Shown piece after piece: positions 49,856-60,600 of a stretch of DNA of 64,000 bases (the first letter of the stretch is position 1; each line of letters begins with the position of its first letter). The stretch spans positions 1 through 64,000 of IMG/VR virus record IMGVR_UViG_3300042332_001215, one strand, 5' to 3'. The stretch comes from a virus. The notes under the pieces are model-generated. The model saw nothing but the letters and a program-made list of their open reading frames with translations, had not been told where the DNA came from and ran no database searches. Position numbers and translations under genes: made by a program.

Positions 49856-50191
49856 CTATCTATCGAAGCAATTCATGTTATATTCTGTTGGTTTTAGGAA
49901 ATTTATGATGTGTAAAAGAGCTAAATCTGGCTTAGAATTTCCGCAGGTAAAAACATCTAATGCGGCGTTTCCATCCTCTGGCCAAGTATGAATAGAAATA
50001 TGACTTTCTGATAATAGAGCTACAATAGTAACTCCTTGTGGAGTAAATTTATGAGAAGAAATATCTAAAAGAGTTGCTTCAGCAATATCAATAGCTTCTT
50101 TAATTAATTCGATTAAAGTCTTTTCATTATCGAGAATAGAATGGTCGCATCCGTACAATTCTGCGACACAATGTTTTCCTAAATTTTTCAA
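49856..50191 (-). CDS. speD: S-adenosylmethionine decarboxylase proenzyme (pyruvoyl-dependent)
   Basis: GKH, HKF.PQGVT, autocleavage motif SESHISIHTWPE, DVFTCG; TTG start. Confidence 0.92.
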   Translation of the reverse strand: MKNLGKHCVAELYGCDHSILDNEKTLIELIKEAIDIAEATLLDISSHKFTPQGVTIVALLSESHISIHTWPEDGNAALDVFTCGNSKPDLALLHIINFLKPTEYNMNCFDR

Positions 50192-50244
50192 TTCTGTATT
50201 TGAAGAAACGATATTTTATTTATTTCTTATTTTTGCCTTGATAA

Positions 50245-50318
50245 TACCCGAGGTGGGATTTGAACCCACGACTGCTCGATTTTAAGTCGAGAACCTCATT
50301 CCGCTGGGTCACTCGGGC
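50245..50318 (-). tRNA. tRNA-Leu (UAA), short variable loop, no encoded CCA
   Basis: GCCCGAG/CTCGGGT acceptor, CTCGA-CTTAAAA-TCGAG anticodon arm, GTGGG-TTCAAAT-CCCAC T arm. Confidence 0.9.
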
Positions 50319-50330
50319 ATTTATGCGACA

Positions 50331-50359
50331 ATCATAACACATGGTCAGAGGACTGTCAA
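50331..50359 (-). promoter_or_regulatory. sigma70 promoter for tRNA-Leu
   Basis: TTGACA-N17-TATGAT. Confidence 0.8.
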
Positions 50360-50360
50360 G

Positions 50361-50433
50361 TGCTGGTTGAGGGGATCGAACCCACCTATCTTGTCTTATG
50401 AGGACAGTGCTTTCACCAGAGAGCTAAACCAGC
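50361..50433 (-). tRNA. tRNA with CAU anticodon (Ile2/lysidine or elongator Met)
   Basis: GCTGGTT/AACCAGC acceptor, CTCATAA loop, GGTTCGATCC T arm; G1-C72 is paired, so not an initiator. Confidence 0.85.
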
Positions 50434-50530
50434 AGAAAACCCGAAAAACCTATAAAGGCAAAAATTTTGGAGAATTTTTTTTCGGGTATTTTGCAATCAG
50501 CTACGCATTTTCCTTCACACGGACCATGGT

Positions 50531-50559
50531 ATCATAGCACACTGGCTTTGAGTTGTCAA
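50531..50559 (-). promoter_or_regulatory. sigma70 promoter upstream of the structured leader and tRNA(CAU)
   Basis: TTGACA-N17-TATGAT. Confidence 0.8.
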
Positions 50560-50741
50560 TACCTGTATTGAATTCTATCCTCGGTTAAAGTTTCGTTAAT
50601 AAACTTACACATATTAGTGAAGTCTTGTGAATCTGGTTCATGTACTTCAAGATATTCTCCATCATAACCATGTAGATGAATCGTTCTTGATAGGACATCA
50701 ACCTCTACTCGTTCTAGAGTTGAATCGCTTCGGATGTTCAT
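50556..50741 (-). CDS. Small conserved cyanophage protein
   Basis: VEVDVLSRT..L.G.DG pattern; own promoter. Confidence 0.65.
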   Translation of the reverse strand: MNIRSDSTLERVEVDVLSRTIHLHGYDGEYLEVHEPDSQDFTNMCKFINETLTEDRIQYRY

Positions 50742-50762
50742 TGGCAGGGGCTGTAATGCTCA

Positions 50763-50791
50763 ATCATACCACAGGTCGTGTGGCTTGTCAA
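50763..50791 (-). promoter_or_regulatory. sigma70 promoter
   Basis: TTGACA-N17-TATGAT. Confidence 0.75.
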
Positions 50792-50802
50792 GCACCTCAG
50801 TA

Positions 50803-53250
50803 TTATGTATCGAAGATCGCTGGTGCTTGTCTCATACATAAAGAACTACTCAAGTCTAACAATGGCCCTTCACTTATTCTTGATTCTGGAGCGGCAACGG
50901 TGCAGAAATTAGCTCCGCCGATAGCTTCAAGTTGAACTGCCAATCTATTTTTAGATGTTGCTCCTACAGTTGTATCATTATTAATTCCCAAACGAGTTGT
51001 ACTATTTGTTCCCATAATCGTAGTATTATACAATCCACCTTTCCAAACATTTTCTGCAGTTGCTTGGAATTTATTTGATATTCCAGATCCAATATCTGTA
51101 TTAGTTCCTGCACGAAGATTAATTTTATTTCCTCCAACCAAACAGAATTTATTCAGTCCAATGTATTTGTTTTCATATGATGTAAATAAGTTCCAAGATC
51201 CAGTGCAAAGATGATTCTGCTCGGTGCAATATGTACTAAATGAAGGTGAATGTAAATCTAGTTGTCCAGATGCACTGAGTCCTAATTTAGATGCTCCAAG
51301 AGCAAATCCATTGGCAGCACTTAGTTTGGCATCGTTACTGTAAATAGTTTCATGTTCACCAGCATAAGTTACTTTACTTTCTCTGTTTGCAAATACATTA
51401 TATTGTCCATCAACTTCTAAATGATAGTTGCCACCAACTTTTAGATGGTAATTGCCTTTAACATTTAAAAATGCATCTCCTTTAATATTAACTTCTTGTT
51501 TTCCAAAAGTAACTTCGGTTTTATTATTGCTGTTGGTAACACGAATATTTCCGGCATCATCTACCTGAAATCCAGTTCTACTTCCACCAGCCTCAATGAC
51601 AAGTCTATTATTGTATGGAGTATCATCCATGATAATAACATGTCCAGTTTCGCTAGCTTGAACAAACTGTTTTGAATATTCTGGATTCCATTTGCCTTGT
51701 ATATTATTAGTAACTCTGAAATTAAATGGGTTACAATTATTACCTGTTAGAGCACACTCATCCCAGTCAATTTGAATTGGAGATTCTGTAGTTCTATTAC
51801 ATCCTACTCCGAGAAGGTTCAAAATAAATGAAACAATGTTTCCAACATTTGCTAACAGATTAGCATTCACATAACCATTTGAATCAAACAATTCACCCAT
51901 CTCTCCTATGGATCCTACACCCTTTATCAAGTCAATAATTCCAGTAATTGCACTTGCAATTTCAGTTCCAACTGATACAATTTCAAATATGGATCCAAAG
52001 ATATTATTGATACACTGCTCTGCAAAATTAATATAATTTTCTGCCATACTGATTAGATCATTTGCAAGATTCTCAACAAAATCTGTTATGAATCCTTCAA
52101 TACCGTTCATTAAAGCATCTACTAATGCTTCATCTAAAGTGCAAGAAATACTTTTTAGTATTTGAATGATTACTTCAGTTACTGTTTTGACGAAATATGG
52201 AATTGGACTACTTGATGCTAAGCCAATTGCATTTAATATCTTGGTGACTTCTGCCATCAACCAAGACTTAACTTTATTAACTACATACCAAACTAAATTT
52301 TTAATTATCTGAATGCACCTATCTACTGCAGATTTTAAATTTACTACCTTATTTGTAAACTTGCCGTAAATTTCAATAGGTGTATCAGTCTTTTTAATAT
52401 AAGTTACCTTAGCTTTGGCCGAATGATTAGCTGGTTTTGTTCCATTCATTCCCCTTTTTAGAAGAATGAGGCTGCTTTCATTCTTTCCATTATATCCTAT
52501 CTGCTCACTTCCAATTTTTATTACGCCAACTGGAGGAAATGAATCGACATTAGCTACAGGAATATAAGCTTGCTCTGACGATATATCATTAGTTAGTGTT
52601 GGATTTGTTGCATTTGGGTCATACACAACACCAGTTTTAAAAATATTTCCAAGCCCTTCAATGCATCTTTTTATGTCTTCAGCTAATGTTTTAGCAGGAC
52701 CATCTTTACCATCTGCGATTGAAGTAGTTCCTAAATTTCCAGATGGATTTGATGCAGATGCAGGGAGAGAAGATGCAGCAACAGATTCAGATACTAATCC
52801 ACCTGCATCATTAGTTCTTTCTGAATCTTGAGGTTGTCCAGTTTCAGTCTTTTTAGGGGTGATTGCATTTACTGCACCTGGGGTTGTTGCCTGAGATTGA
52901 GTTTCTGGAATTACTACAGATTTAATTTGACTGTAGAAAGATCCCATCACAACTGGCTGTTGGCAGTCTGGATAGTCCAGAAAAAATCCCATGACAAAAC
53001 TACCAGCTTTTAGCCCTCCATTTGCAGCATTTCCAACTCCACTGACTGCAGCGTTTGTAGTTGGTTGGAGAACTAAAGCCCAAGGTAAATTCTCTGGCTT
53101 TTCAAATGGATCATGGAATCCAAGAATTTTAACACGAACTCTGCCTAACTTAGCATCTCTATCATCAGCATTTTCTACTGTGCCAAGCCACCAAGTAAAA
53201 TCATTATTACCAAGAAATGCAGAGTTCTGTAATGTAGGATTAATTGACAT
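50803..53250 (-). CDS. gp5: Baseplate hub/spike gp5-like protein (OB-fold + beta-helix, no lysozyme domain seen)
   Basis: WWLG.VE..D...LGRVRVKILGFH..LPWA..GFFLD..QQPVVMGS; ETGHVI.MDDTP; C-terminal V.GNY.L.V.G repeats. Confidence 0.85.
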   Translation of the reverse strand: MSINPTLQNSAFLGNNDFTWWLGTVENADDRDAKLGRVRVKILGFHDPFEKPENLPWALVLQPTTNAAVSGVGNAANGGLKAGSFVMGFFLDYPDCQQPVVMGSFYSQIKSVVIPETQSQATTPGAVNAITPKKTETGQPQDSERTNDAGGLVSESVAASSLPASASNPSGNLGTTSIADGKDGPAKTLAEDIKRCIEGLGNIFKTGVVYDPNATNPTLTNDISSEQAYIPVANVDSFPPVGVIKIGSEQIGYNGKNESSLILLKRGMNGTKPANHSAKAKVTYIKKTDTPIEIYGKFTNKVVNLKSAVDRCIQIIKNLVWYVVNKVKSWLMAEVTKILNAIGLASSSPIPYFVKTVTEVIIQILKSISCTLDEALVDALMNGIEGFITDFVENLANDLISMAENYINFAEQCINNIFGSIFEIVSVGTEIASAITGIIDLIKGVGSIGEMGELFDSNGYVNANLLANVGNIVSFILNLLGVGCNRTTESPIQIDWDECALTGNNCNPFNFRVTNNIQGKWNPEYSKQFVQASETGHVIIMDDTPYNNRLVIEAGGSRTGFQVDDAGNIRVTNSNNKTEVTFGKQEVNIKGDAFLNVKGNYHLKVGGNYHLEVDGQYNVFANRESKVTYAGEHETIYSNDAKLSAANGFALGASKLGLSASGQLDLHSPSFSTYCTEQNHLCTGSWNLFTSYENKYIGLNKFCLVGGNKINLRAGTNTDIGSGISNKFQATAENVWKGGLYNTTIMGTNSTTRLGINNDTTVGATSKNRLAVQLEAIGGANFCTVAAPESRISEGPLLDLSSSLCMRQAPAIFDT

Positions 53251-53253
53251 TTA

Positions 53254-53469
53254 TCAAACTTCGTATATACGGCATTCAGGGGCGTCTGGATTTTCATCAC
53301 AGAATAGTTCCAATGGACTTGGATTTTTAATTTTAGTTGGGTTATTTTCTTTATATTTTAATAGTGACTCAAGTTCGTTTTCCAGGAAACGACGACGCTG
53401 AGAATTTGTATTTGGATCACAAACCTCGTTACGATTTTTTTCTATGTGGTTGTCTAAAGTGTTATCCAT
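53254..53469 (-). CDS. cp12: CP12 carbon-metabolism regulator (phage type)
   Basis: C-terminal LELFCDENPDAPECRIYE. Confidence 0.92.
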   Translation of the reverse strand: MDNTLDNHIEKNRNEVCDPNTNSQRRRFLENELESLLKYKENNPTKIKNPSPLELFCDENPDAPECRIYEV

Positions 53470-54798
53470 TTAGAATGTTTCTCTAGTTTCTACGGAAATA
53501 GGATTAATTTCATTGCCACCAAAAGAATCTCTAGTTAATGTTGCAATGGTTCTCAATTCAGTTCTATTTAGGATAGTATGCCTAATAGAATGTACTAGAT
53601 ACTTTCCACTTATTCTTTTATCTTCAACAACTTTATTTGTTTTATCTCTCTTGGGAGATGGAATAGAAACATTAATAACATTACCTGCTCTCAGTTTCAG
53701 ATCTCCAGGAATAGCAACCTCCAGTTTATTATACTCCAAGAAATAATATCTGTATATAGATTTTTCAAAAGTCTTATTTACTTCATCAATATTATTTAAA
53801 CTTTCAATTTGAGATGATGACATTGGCTTCCAATTAAAAGTAGAAATAGTAGTAGGTCGGTATACTAATCTGGATGGGTTCTTTAAAAGATCTTCATTTG
53901 GAAATGGAGTCATATTTCCGAGATGAGTCATATCCTTCCAGTAGGTAGATGCATTTGTATTCCAATTCTGATAATTTCTATTATTGATATCCACATATAA
54001 AGCATTATGAGAGAATGCACCATTCCTCAAGTCTTCAAAAATATCAAATGCTTTTGTTGAAGAATAATCCATGATTCTATAATTGTTAGAATCAGATCCT
54101 GTAGAACTAGTATTTCCCTGAATAAATGTATACTTTGTATTCTTGTTTGGATATGGAGTTGTATCAAAGAGAACATCTAAAGATTTAAAATTATATCCAT
54201 CTAGAGTTTCATAGAAAAGATATCCAACAGAATCTTTATACTTTGTTGATACAGATCTTCTAGACATCCATATAGCAGTATCAAATAATCTCCAATTCGT
54301 AACATACATATCGAATGGATGTAGAGTGCTATCAACTCTACCTTCAAAAGTTTTATCGCTGATTAATTCTAGTTTTTCTTTTAGAAAATCTTCTGCTTTC
54401 TTTCCATCTATTCTCTCACGAATTCTGGTATGTTCATTTATCAAAGCTTCTTTACTTACAGCATGAATGACATAGACCTGATTTTTTTCTTTCATCACTC
54501 TACCATCAATCTTGTAGATGTAGAAGTTTAAATTGTAGTCTGCATAAGAAGTTGATATAATTAATTGAATTCTTTCCTGTCCAATTATAGGCAACTCTCC
54601 AATAATATTATTTCCAATATCTTGAATTACTAACTGACAATATAAACTTGTAGAAATAATACTTTCATTGATTGTAACTTCTTGTACTAATTGTTTTATA
54701 TCAATAAACTTTCTATTGCCCGCAAGACCACCTTCGTCTTTTACGGGATACAATTTTACTTCTTTGAGAGAAAAATCTCCAGCAAAAAATTGATTCAT
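53470..54798 (-). CDS. Baseplate hub protein (gp27-like)
   Basis: I.ESI...LPIIGQERI, YLFYETLDGYNFKSLD.L, IPGD..L.AG..I..SGKYLV..I.H. Confidence 0.7.
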   Translation of the reverse strand: MNQFFAGDFSLKEVKLYPVKDEGGLAGNRKFIDIKQLVQEVTINESIISTSLYCQLVIQDIGNNIIGELPIIGQERIQLIISTSYADYNLNFYIYKIDGRVMKEKNQVYVIHAVSKEALINEHTRIRERIDGKKAEDFLKEKLELISDKTFEGRVDSTLHPFDMYVTNWRLFDTAIWMSRRSVSTKYKDSVGYLFYETLDGYNFKSLDVLFDTTPYPNKNTKYTFIQGNTSSTGSDSNNYRIMDYSSTKAFDIFEDLRNGAFSHNALYVDINNRNYQNWNTNASTYWKDMTHLGNMTPFPNEDLLKNPSRLVYRPTTISTFNWKPMSSSQIESLNNIDEVNKTFEKSIYRYYFLEYNKLEVAIPGDLKLRAGNVINVSIPSPKRDKTNKVVEDKRISGKYLVHSIRHTILNRTELRTIATLTRDSFGGNEINPISVETRETF

Positions 54799-57647
54799 TA
54801 TAGTCTACGCTGTCCTAAGTAAGATGAGCTATCTATGTGTGCAAATGATCCAACTGAATAGTCTGTCCTTTCTAGTGGAGTGACTACATTCAAATTGGAA
54901 ATCATAGTATTTCCTTGGGGTATAATATATGTATCTGATAGAGCCACAGGAAGTTTGGATGCCTGAACAAAATCCATACTGCTTGAAGATAATTGTTCTG
55001 AATTAACTTTTGGTGTAGATGGTAATAGAAGTTCCGCCAGCTGTTTTAATTGTGATCCAATATCAGTCCAAGATGGAGTGGAATCTTGTGTGGAAGTTTC
55101 TGCAGTTCTTGATTCTTGAGTTTGTGAAGGAGAATCTGATGGCCGAATTCCTTGTCCAACAAATTCAAAGTGGCCTCCATGATCTCTGGGACCACCATAT
55201 GGAGCCCAATTCCAACCATACTTAGATCCATTTTTCTTTATCCATTCTTTGGAGGAATTATGAATATCCATTCCAATTCCATATAAATGTTTTGATCTAG
55301 TAGCACCACCTTCACGGTTGTTTTTTGCGATACTTCTTTTGCTGCTTGCAATATCAGTTCCCTTAACTACTCCACCAGAATCTTTCATCATTTTTGCAAA
55401 TGCAGAAGCAGCAGCTTGTGAAAACACTACTGGTCTACCTTGTTGATCTGATGCACCTTGAATTGTATATCCAGGTCCAGTATCGGGAACTCCCTGAGTT
55501 GCAACTACTCCACCAGTTTGATATCTGTCTCTAAACCAGTTTCCTCCATCAGGTCTTCTTCTTCCACCTTTACCTTTATATCCAAGAAAATATTGAGCAC
55601 CACCAACAAACTTCTTTGCCGATTGAGATAAAGGACCATTTTTCTCAAAGTCTGCAAGAACTTGAGCAGCAACTTTAGGATTTCCAGCTTGGAATCTATT
55701 TGTTAGTTGTTGAATGCCATCTGGTTTTGCAGCCAAATCAAATAATTCCTTTTTAGTTAATCCAAGACCACCATATTTTGAATTTGCATTTTCATCCCCA
55801 GGGCTACCGCCATGTAATGCTGCCGAATATGGAGTAAACTGTTCCTTGGCAGTAATTACTGCAGGAATCCCCCCACTTTGTCCTGCAGCCCTGTTTAAAA
55901 TAACTTGATATACATCAGCAACATGCTGTGGTGCTGTAGCTTCCAGTGTTGCTAGATGGGCAGCAGCTCGTTTGTCTGCAGAAGATGCCTTAATAGCATC
56001 CAATTCTGCCGCAGTTAATGATTGATCTGCTCCAGCTCCTCCACCGCCGTCACCACCAGCTCCTCCACCAGCTCCTCCACCAGTATCGCCAGAACTAAAA
56101 TCTAGATTGATAAAATTGTTCAAGATATCTGCAAGAATTTCACGAACACTAGACCCACTGTTATATCTTTCTTTCTTTTCTTGCTCTTTTCTTTGAATAA
56201 TATTCAGTGACAAATCGGATCCTATAATTTTATTTAATTCTTTATCAGTTGATTCAGATACCGATGAAGCTAATATTGAAGGTGACTTTCCAGATTGCTT
56301 AGCTAGATCTGAAGTAAATGCATAATTAGTTTTTCCAAACTCTCTAGTATATGGAGATAGTAACTGTTGTGCAAATGGCCTAATTGCTATTCCAACTGGA
56401 CCCATTGAATTGATCAGTGCATCTATTCCACCAATCATAGAAGACGCAATAATACCAAATGGAGCACTTAATATTCCACCATTGTAAATATGTCCAAGAG
56501 GAATTACTGCCTCTGGTCCAGCCTCACCAATCAAAGCTCTAGTTGGTTTGGTGACAATACCACCAACTGCAAGTGCAGGTTCTTCTTTTTTGGAAACTGC
56601 ACTCTTCATCCAATCATATAAATTTGAAGCTGCCCAATCTCCTACAATTCCACCCAAAGCTCCACCAACAATAGTTCCAGGACCAGGGAATACAGAACCA
56701 ACAACTGCACCCAATCCCATTCCTAAAGTAGATCCAACAGTTTTGACAATTGCTTTGTCTATTGGATCACCTAATAATAAATTAATACCTAAATTGAGTA
56801 AAGGACCTACTACAGGAATTCCAGCAACTGTCTTACTAGCTATTGCTTTTAATGGTCCACCTACAAGTTTTAATATTCCTCCAACTGCAGGTGCGGCAGC
56901 TTTAGCTAGAAACTTAAACCCTCCTTTACCAAATACTTTTAATACTGCTCGGACAAGTCCTTTAGCTAATCCTCTTTTAAAAATACTTGTAGTTTTAGTT
57001 AGACCTTGTGCAAGATTAGCAGCTCCTTCTTTAATGCCAGATTTTTTGAAGGCATTAAATATTTCTCCTATCTTGTCGCCATTTTTAATTACAAATTTTA
57101 AATCTTTAATTAATTTTAAAGGATTTAGTAAATATCGTAATCCAAAAAATCCTACAATAGCAGAAAATAGTCCGAGGATTCTTTCTAATATTGAACCTCC
57201 AAACACCAGACTATGTACACCATTTAATAAATTATTAACTGAGCCAGTTGCAAACCAGTCTATAAATTTAAATACTCCAGATAAACCTTTGACTATAGCT
57301 TGAACTTTCTTTAAATTTTCAGGATCTCCTAGCCACATTAAAGCTTTCAATTTAATGAAAGTCATTAATAAATTTATTATTGTTGTAGACGCTACATCTT
57401 GACCCTTTTTAATTAGTTTAGATTCTCTGGGTTTTTTCTTTTTTGCTTCCTGATTTTTTTCCCTATCTAAAATTGTTTGCCTGGTGGAAAATTTATCTTT
57501 GGTTTCTTGATATTTCTTTTCTAATTTTAATCTATCTTTTTTAAACTTGAGTAGAGTTATTGACGCACTACGAATTTTGGTAAGCTCCTGAAGTCGCTTA
57601 CCTTGAGTTAAAAATGCACCTGTTTTAATTGAAGTGAATGTCTGCAT
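54798..57647 (-). CDS. Tape-measure-like tail protein with SleB-like hydrolase and M15 peptidase domains
   Basis: LE..VYQVILNR..VI.AKEQF (SleB-like); SKH..GIGMDI..YGW..HFEF (M15/VanY-like). Confidence 0.7.
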   Translation of the reverse strand: MQTFTSIKTGAFLTQGKRLQELTKIRSASITLLKFKKDRLKLEKKYQETKDKFSTRQTILDREKNQEAKKKKPRESKLIKKGQDVASTTIINLLMTFIKLKALMWLGDPENLKKVQAIVKGLSGVFKFIDWFATGSVNNLLNGVHSLVFGGSILERILGLFSAIVGFFGLRYLLNPLKLIKDLKFVIKNGDKIGEIFNAFKKSGIKEGAANLAQGLTKTTSIFKRGLAKGLVRAVLKVFGKGGFKFLAKAAAPAVGGILKLVGGPLKAIASKTVAGIPVVGPLLNLGINLLLGDPIDKAIVKTVGSTLGMGLGAVVGSVFPGPGTIVGGALGGIVGDWAASNLYDWMKSAVSKKEEPALAVGGIVTKPTRALIGEAGPEAVIPLGHIYNGGILSAPFGIIASSMIGGIDALINSMGPVGIAIRPFAQQLLSPYTREFGKTNYAFTSDLAKQSGKSPSILASSVSESTDKELNKIIGSDLSLNIIQRKEQEKKERYNSGSSVREILADILNNFINLDFSSGDTGGGAGGGAGGDGGGGAGADQSLTAAELDAIKASSADKRAAAHLATLEATAPQHVADVYQVILNRAAGQSGGIPAVITAKEQFTPYSAALHGGSPGDENANSKYGGLGLTKKELFDLAAKPDGIQQLTNRFQAGNPKVAAQVLADFEKNGPLSQSAKKFVGGAQYFLGYKGKGGRRRPDGGNWFRDRYQTGGVVATQGVPDTGPGYTIQGASDQQGRPVVFSQAAASAFAKMMKDSGGVVKGTDIASSKRSIAKNNREGGATRSKHLYGIGMDIHNSSKEWIKKNGSKYGWNWAPYGGPRDHGGHFEFVGQGIRPSDSPSQTQESRTAETSTQDSTPSWTDIGSQLKQLAELLLPSTPKVNSEQLSSSSMDFVQASKLPVALSDTYIIPQGNTMISNLNVVTPLERTDYSVGSFAHIDSSSYLGQRRL

Positions 57648-57648
57648 T

Positions 57649-60600
57649 TTATGGTGCTAGTGGATAGGTTGCTAGTGGAATTGGTGGAGTTGTTCCTCCC
57701 AATGTTTGTGACATTGGTTGAGTTGATGATTCAGTTATAGTTTTGTTTGGAGAAGGTAATGTAATTACATTACCACCAGTAGATCCAGCAGATCTGCGTT
57801 GAGCTTGAATATTTGAATTTTCTTTTTGTGCTGCCTGTAATTGTTGAGATCTAGCTGGAACAGATCCAGTAACTTGTGCTGCTGGTAGTTGTGTAGGAGC
57901 TGGAGCTGGAGCTGGAGTTGCAGAAGCTCCAGTCAACATTTTAGTTAAGTCTGCAAGATGGGGAATTATTGATGTCAAAGTAGGTTCTGATGTAGAGCCT
58001 GAAGATGATGATGATGTCGATGTATCCGCTCCAGGTCCTACTTCCCCAGATGCACCTAAACGAATTCCAGCAGCAAATGTTTGGCCTCCAGAACTTGTGT
58101 ACATACTAGCTTTTCTAAATCCAGCAGTTCTACCATGATGCCATAAATCATTTCCTTCTCCTTTAATTCCTACATGAGTAATAGCACCTGCAGGATATCC
58201 ATTTCCACCTTTCCACAAAACAACATCTCCAGCTTGAAGATTGGATGCTTGTTTAACCACTGCTCCCATATCACTCCCAGCAAAAGAAGCTGCATATCTT
58301 ACTCCGTTATATTTTGTTCCCTCAGAATCTAGGTCTCCTTTCTGAGTAACTTTTCCTGCAGCAGGATGTCCAGCAGCTCTCAATGCAGCTCTAGTTGTTA
58401 CTGCACACATGTCTCCCTGACCTTTACCCATACCAACTATTTTTTTAGCACCTTCTAATATCGCAGCTCCTCCAATTTGAAACTTTGTTCTTGGTCTTCC
58501 ATCTCCACTAGCTTTATTTTCGTTCCTTGTAATTTGAGACATTTTTGAAGAACCAAATCTAGGGAACATTCCAAAATTAATTTTATCTAATTCTTTTGCT
58601 CCCCCCATACCTGCAACTGCATTTCTATTCAATACATATTCATTATTTTCCAATACTGCAGGATACTTGTCTCCAATCCCAGAACCATGTACATTCCCTC
58701 CACCAATAATAAACTTTGCAGGTTCCCCATATTTTCCATTCTGTGGAGTCTCCCATGCATCCTTTGTATCAGTTCCCCTTCCACTCACTCCTTTAGATTT
58801 TAAAATCTTATTCATCTGATAATTATACATTCCAACTGCAGTTTGATCTCCACCAAACATTCCCTTCAGAATTTTGACCTCTCCACTTGAAGGTATTCTA
58901 ACTAATGTGCCACCTAGAGTTTTAGAATCAAATAATCTGTTTGTAGTAATGTCAGTTAATGGATCTCCTGGTTTTTCCCATCTAAATACATCTCCATGAG
59001 AATTATACCAGTATTTCTTGTTTCCGTTGATGACTGGTTTTAATCCTGCCCCTGGAGAATGTTCTTCTATAGTTCCCCCTCCACGAGTATTTGATACTAC
59101 TTGAGTAGTTCCTTGAACTCCCTTGAGAGTTCCATCTTCTCTAAATCCACCTACTTTTCCAATAGATTGTTTTGCAGTATCTACTGGTGCAGCTGCTCCG
59201 TTTCCATTTCCAGATGCAGAAGGAGAACCAGTGGCTCCAGGATTTCCAGATGCAGCAGGTGAAGTATTAGTTGATTGAGTATTACTTGAAGCATTCTTGC
59301 TAATTAATGCACTTAGAATATCTCCAAGTAATCCTCTAACAGAAGTATCTCCAGATGGTTTAAACTCATCAGCTTTTGATTTTGTAATTTTTGGTTCTTC
59401 CATTCCAAATACTTCTTTCACTGCAGACATTCCTTGCCCCACAGATTTAACTGCAGTTTCAGCAAAATTTGTCATTCCTTTTACCAGTGAGGGAGGAATA
59501 CCAAACATTGAAGCCACATTAGAAATCAATGGCATCAGCATGGGGCCAATCCCAGGAATTTTAGATACACTGGAAGATATTAAAGCTACAATTCCAGCAC
59601 CTACAATTTTAAATGGAAGAGTAAGTAATTTTATAAAACTTGGAATTTGTTTATCTACTCGACCTTTAAACTCATTAACTCCAAAAGATCCAAGTTTATC
59701 TAATGGAAGAATAGCTTCTGGTCCGGCTTCCCCAACAATAGCTTCAGTTGGTTTAGTAACAATTCCTCCCTTTGCAAGCATTGGAAGACCTTGATCCTTT
59801 GCAATATCTCTTCCAATTAAAGCTGCATCAATTCCAAGAGATGCCGCAGTTCCCCATCCAGGAACTAATGATGCAACTCCTGATAATACTTCTCCACCAG
59901 CACCAAGCCAATCTCCTTTGGATGCTCGATCAGCTGCAAAAAATGCACTTGAAACTGCACCAATTACAGGAAGTGCTTTTAATAAAGATTTACCAGTAAT
60001 CTTAGCTCCTCCTTTAGCAGCAGCTCCAGCACCTCTAACAGCAGCACCAGCACCTTCAGTAGCAGCTCCAGCACCTCTAGCAGCAGCTCCCGCACCTCTA
60101 GCAGCAGCTCCAGCACCCTCAGTAGCAGCCCCAGCGCCTTCAGCAGCAGCTCCAGCACCTGCTGAAATCTGTCTACCAGCTTGAGATAAAGCCTCATCTG
60201 CAGCTTCTCCTGCTGCCTTAGGAATCAAATTAGAAAAGAAATTAATTACACCATTAATTGCGTTTGGAATTACCTTTGTAAAAAGGTTTCCAATCATTTT
60301 AATATCTGAAATAATTTTAGTTGGATTCAGTAACCATTTTAAAGTGAAGAATCCAACTACAGCTTCAAGAAATCCAAATACTCTAGTTACACCTTCTCCG
60401 CCAACTAGTTTAGATAATCCACTAAACAATTTATCAATTCCAAACCCAACTATGGCATTTAGAAATTTAAATATATTCCCAAAAAGATTGACAAAATCTT
60501 GAATTTTTTTTACATTCTCTGGATTTCCTGCCCACTCAAGAAATTTATATGCAATGAATGTTTTTATTAAGCCTTGGAAAAAATTTCCTATGCCTTCAAG

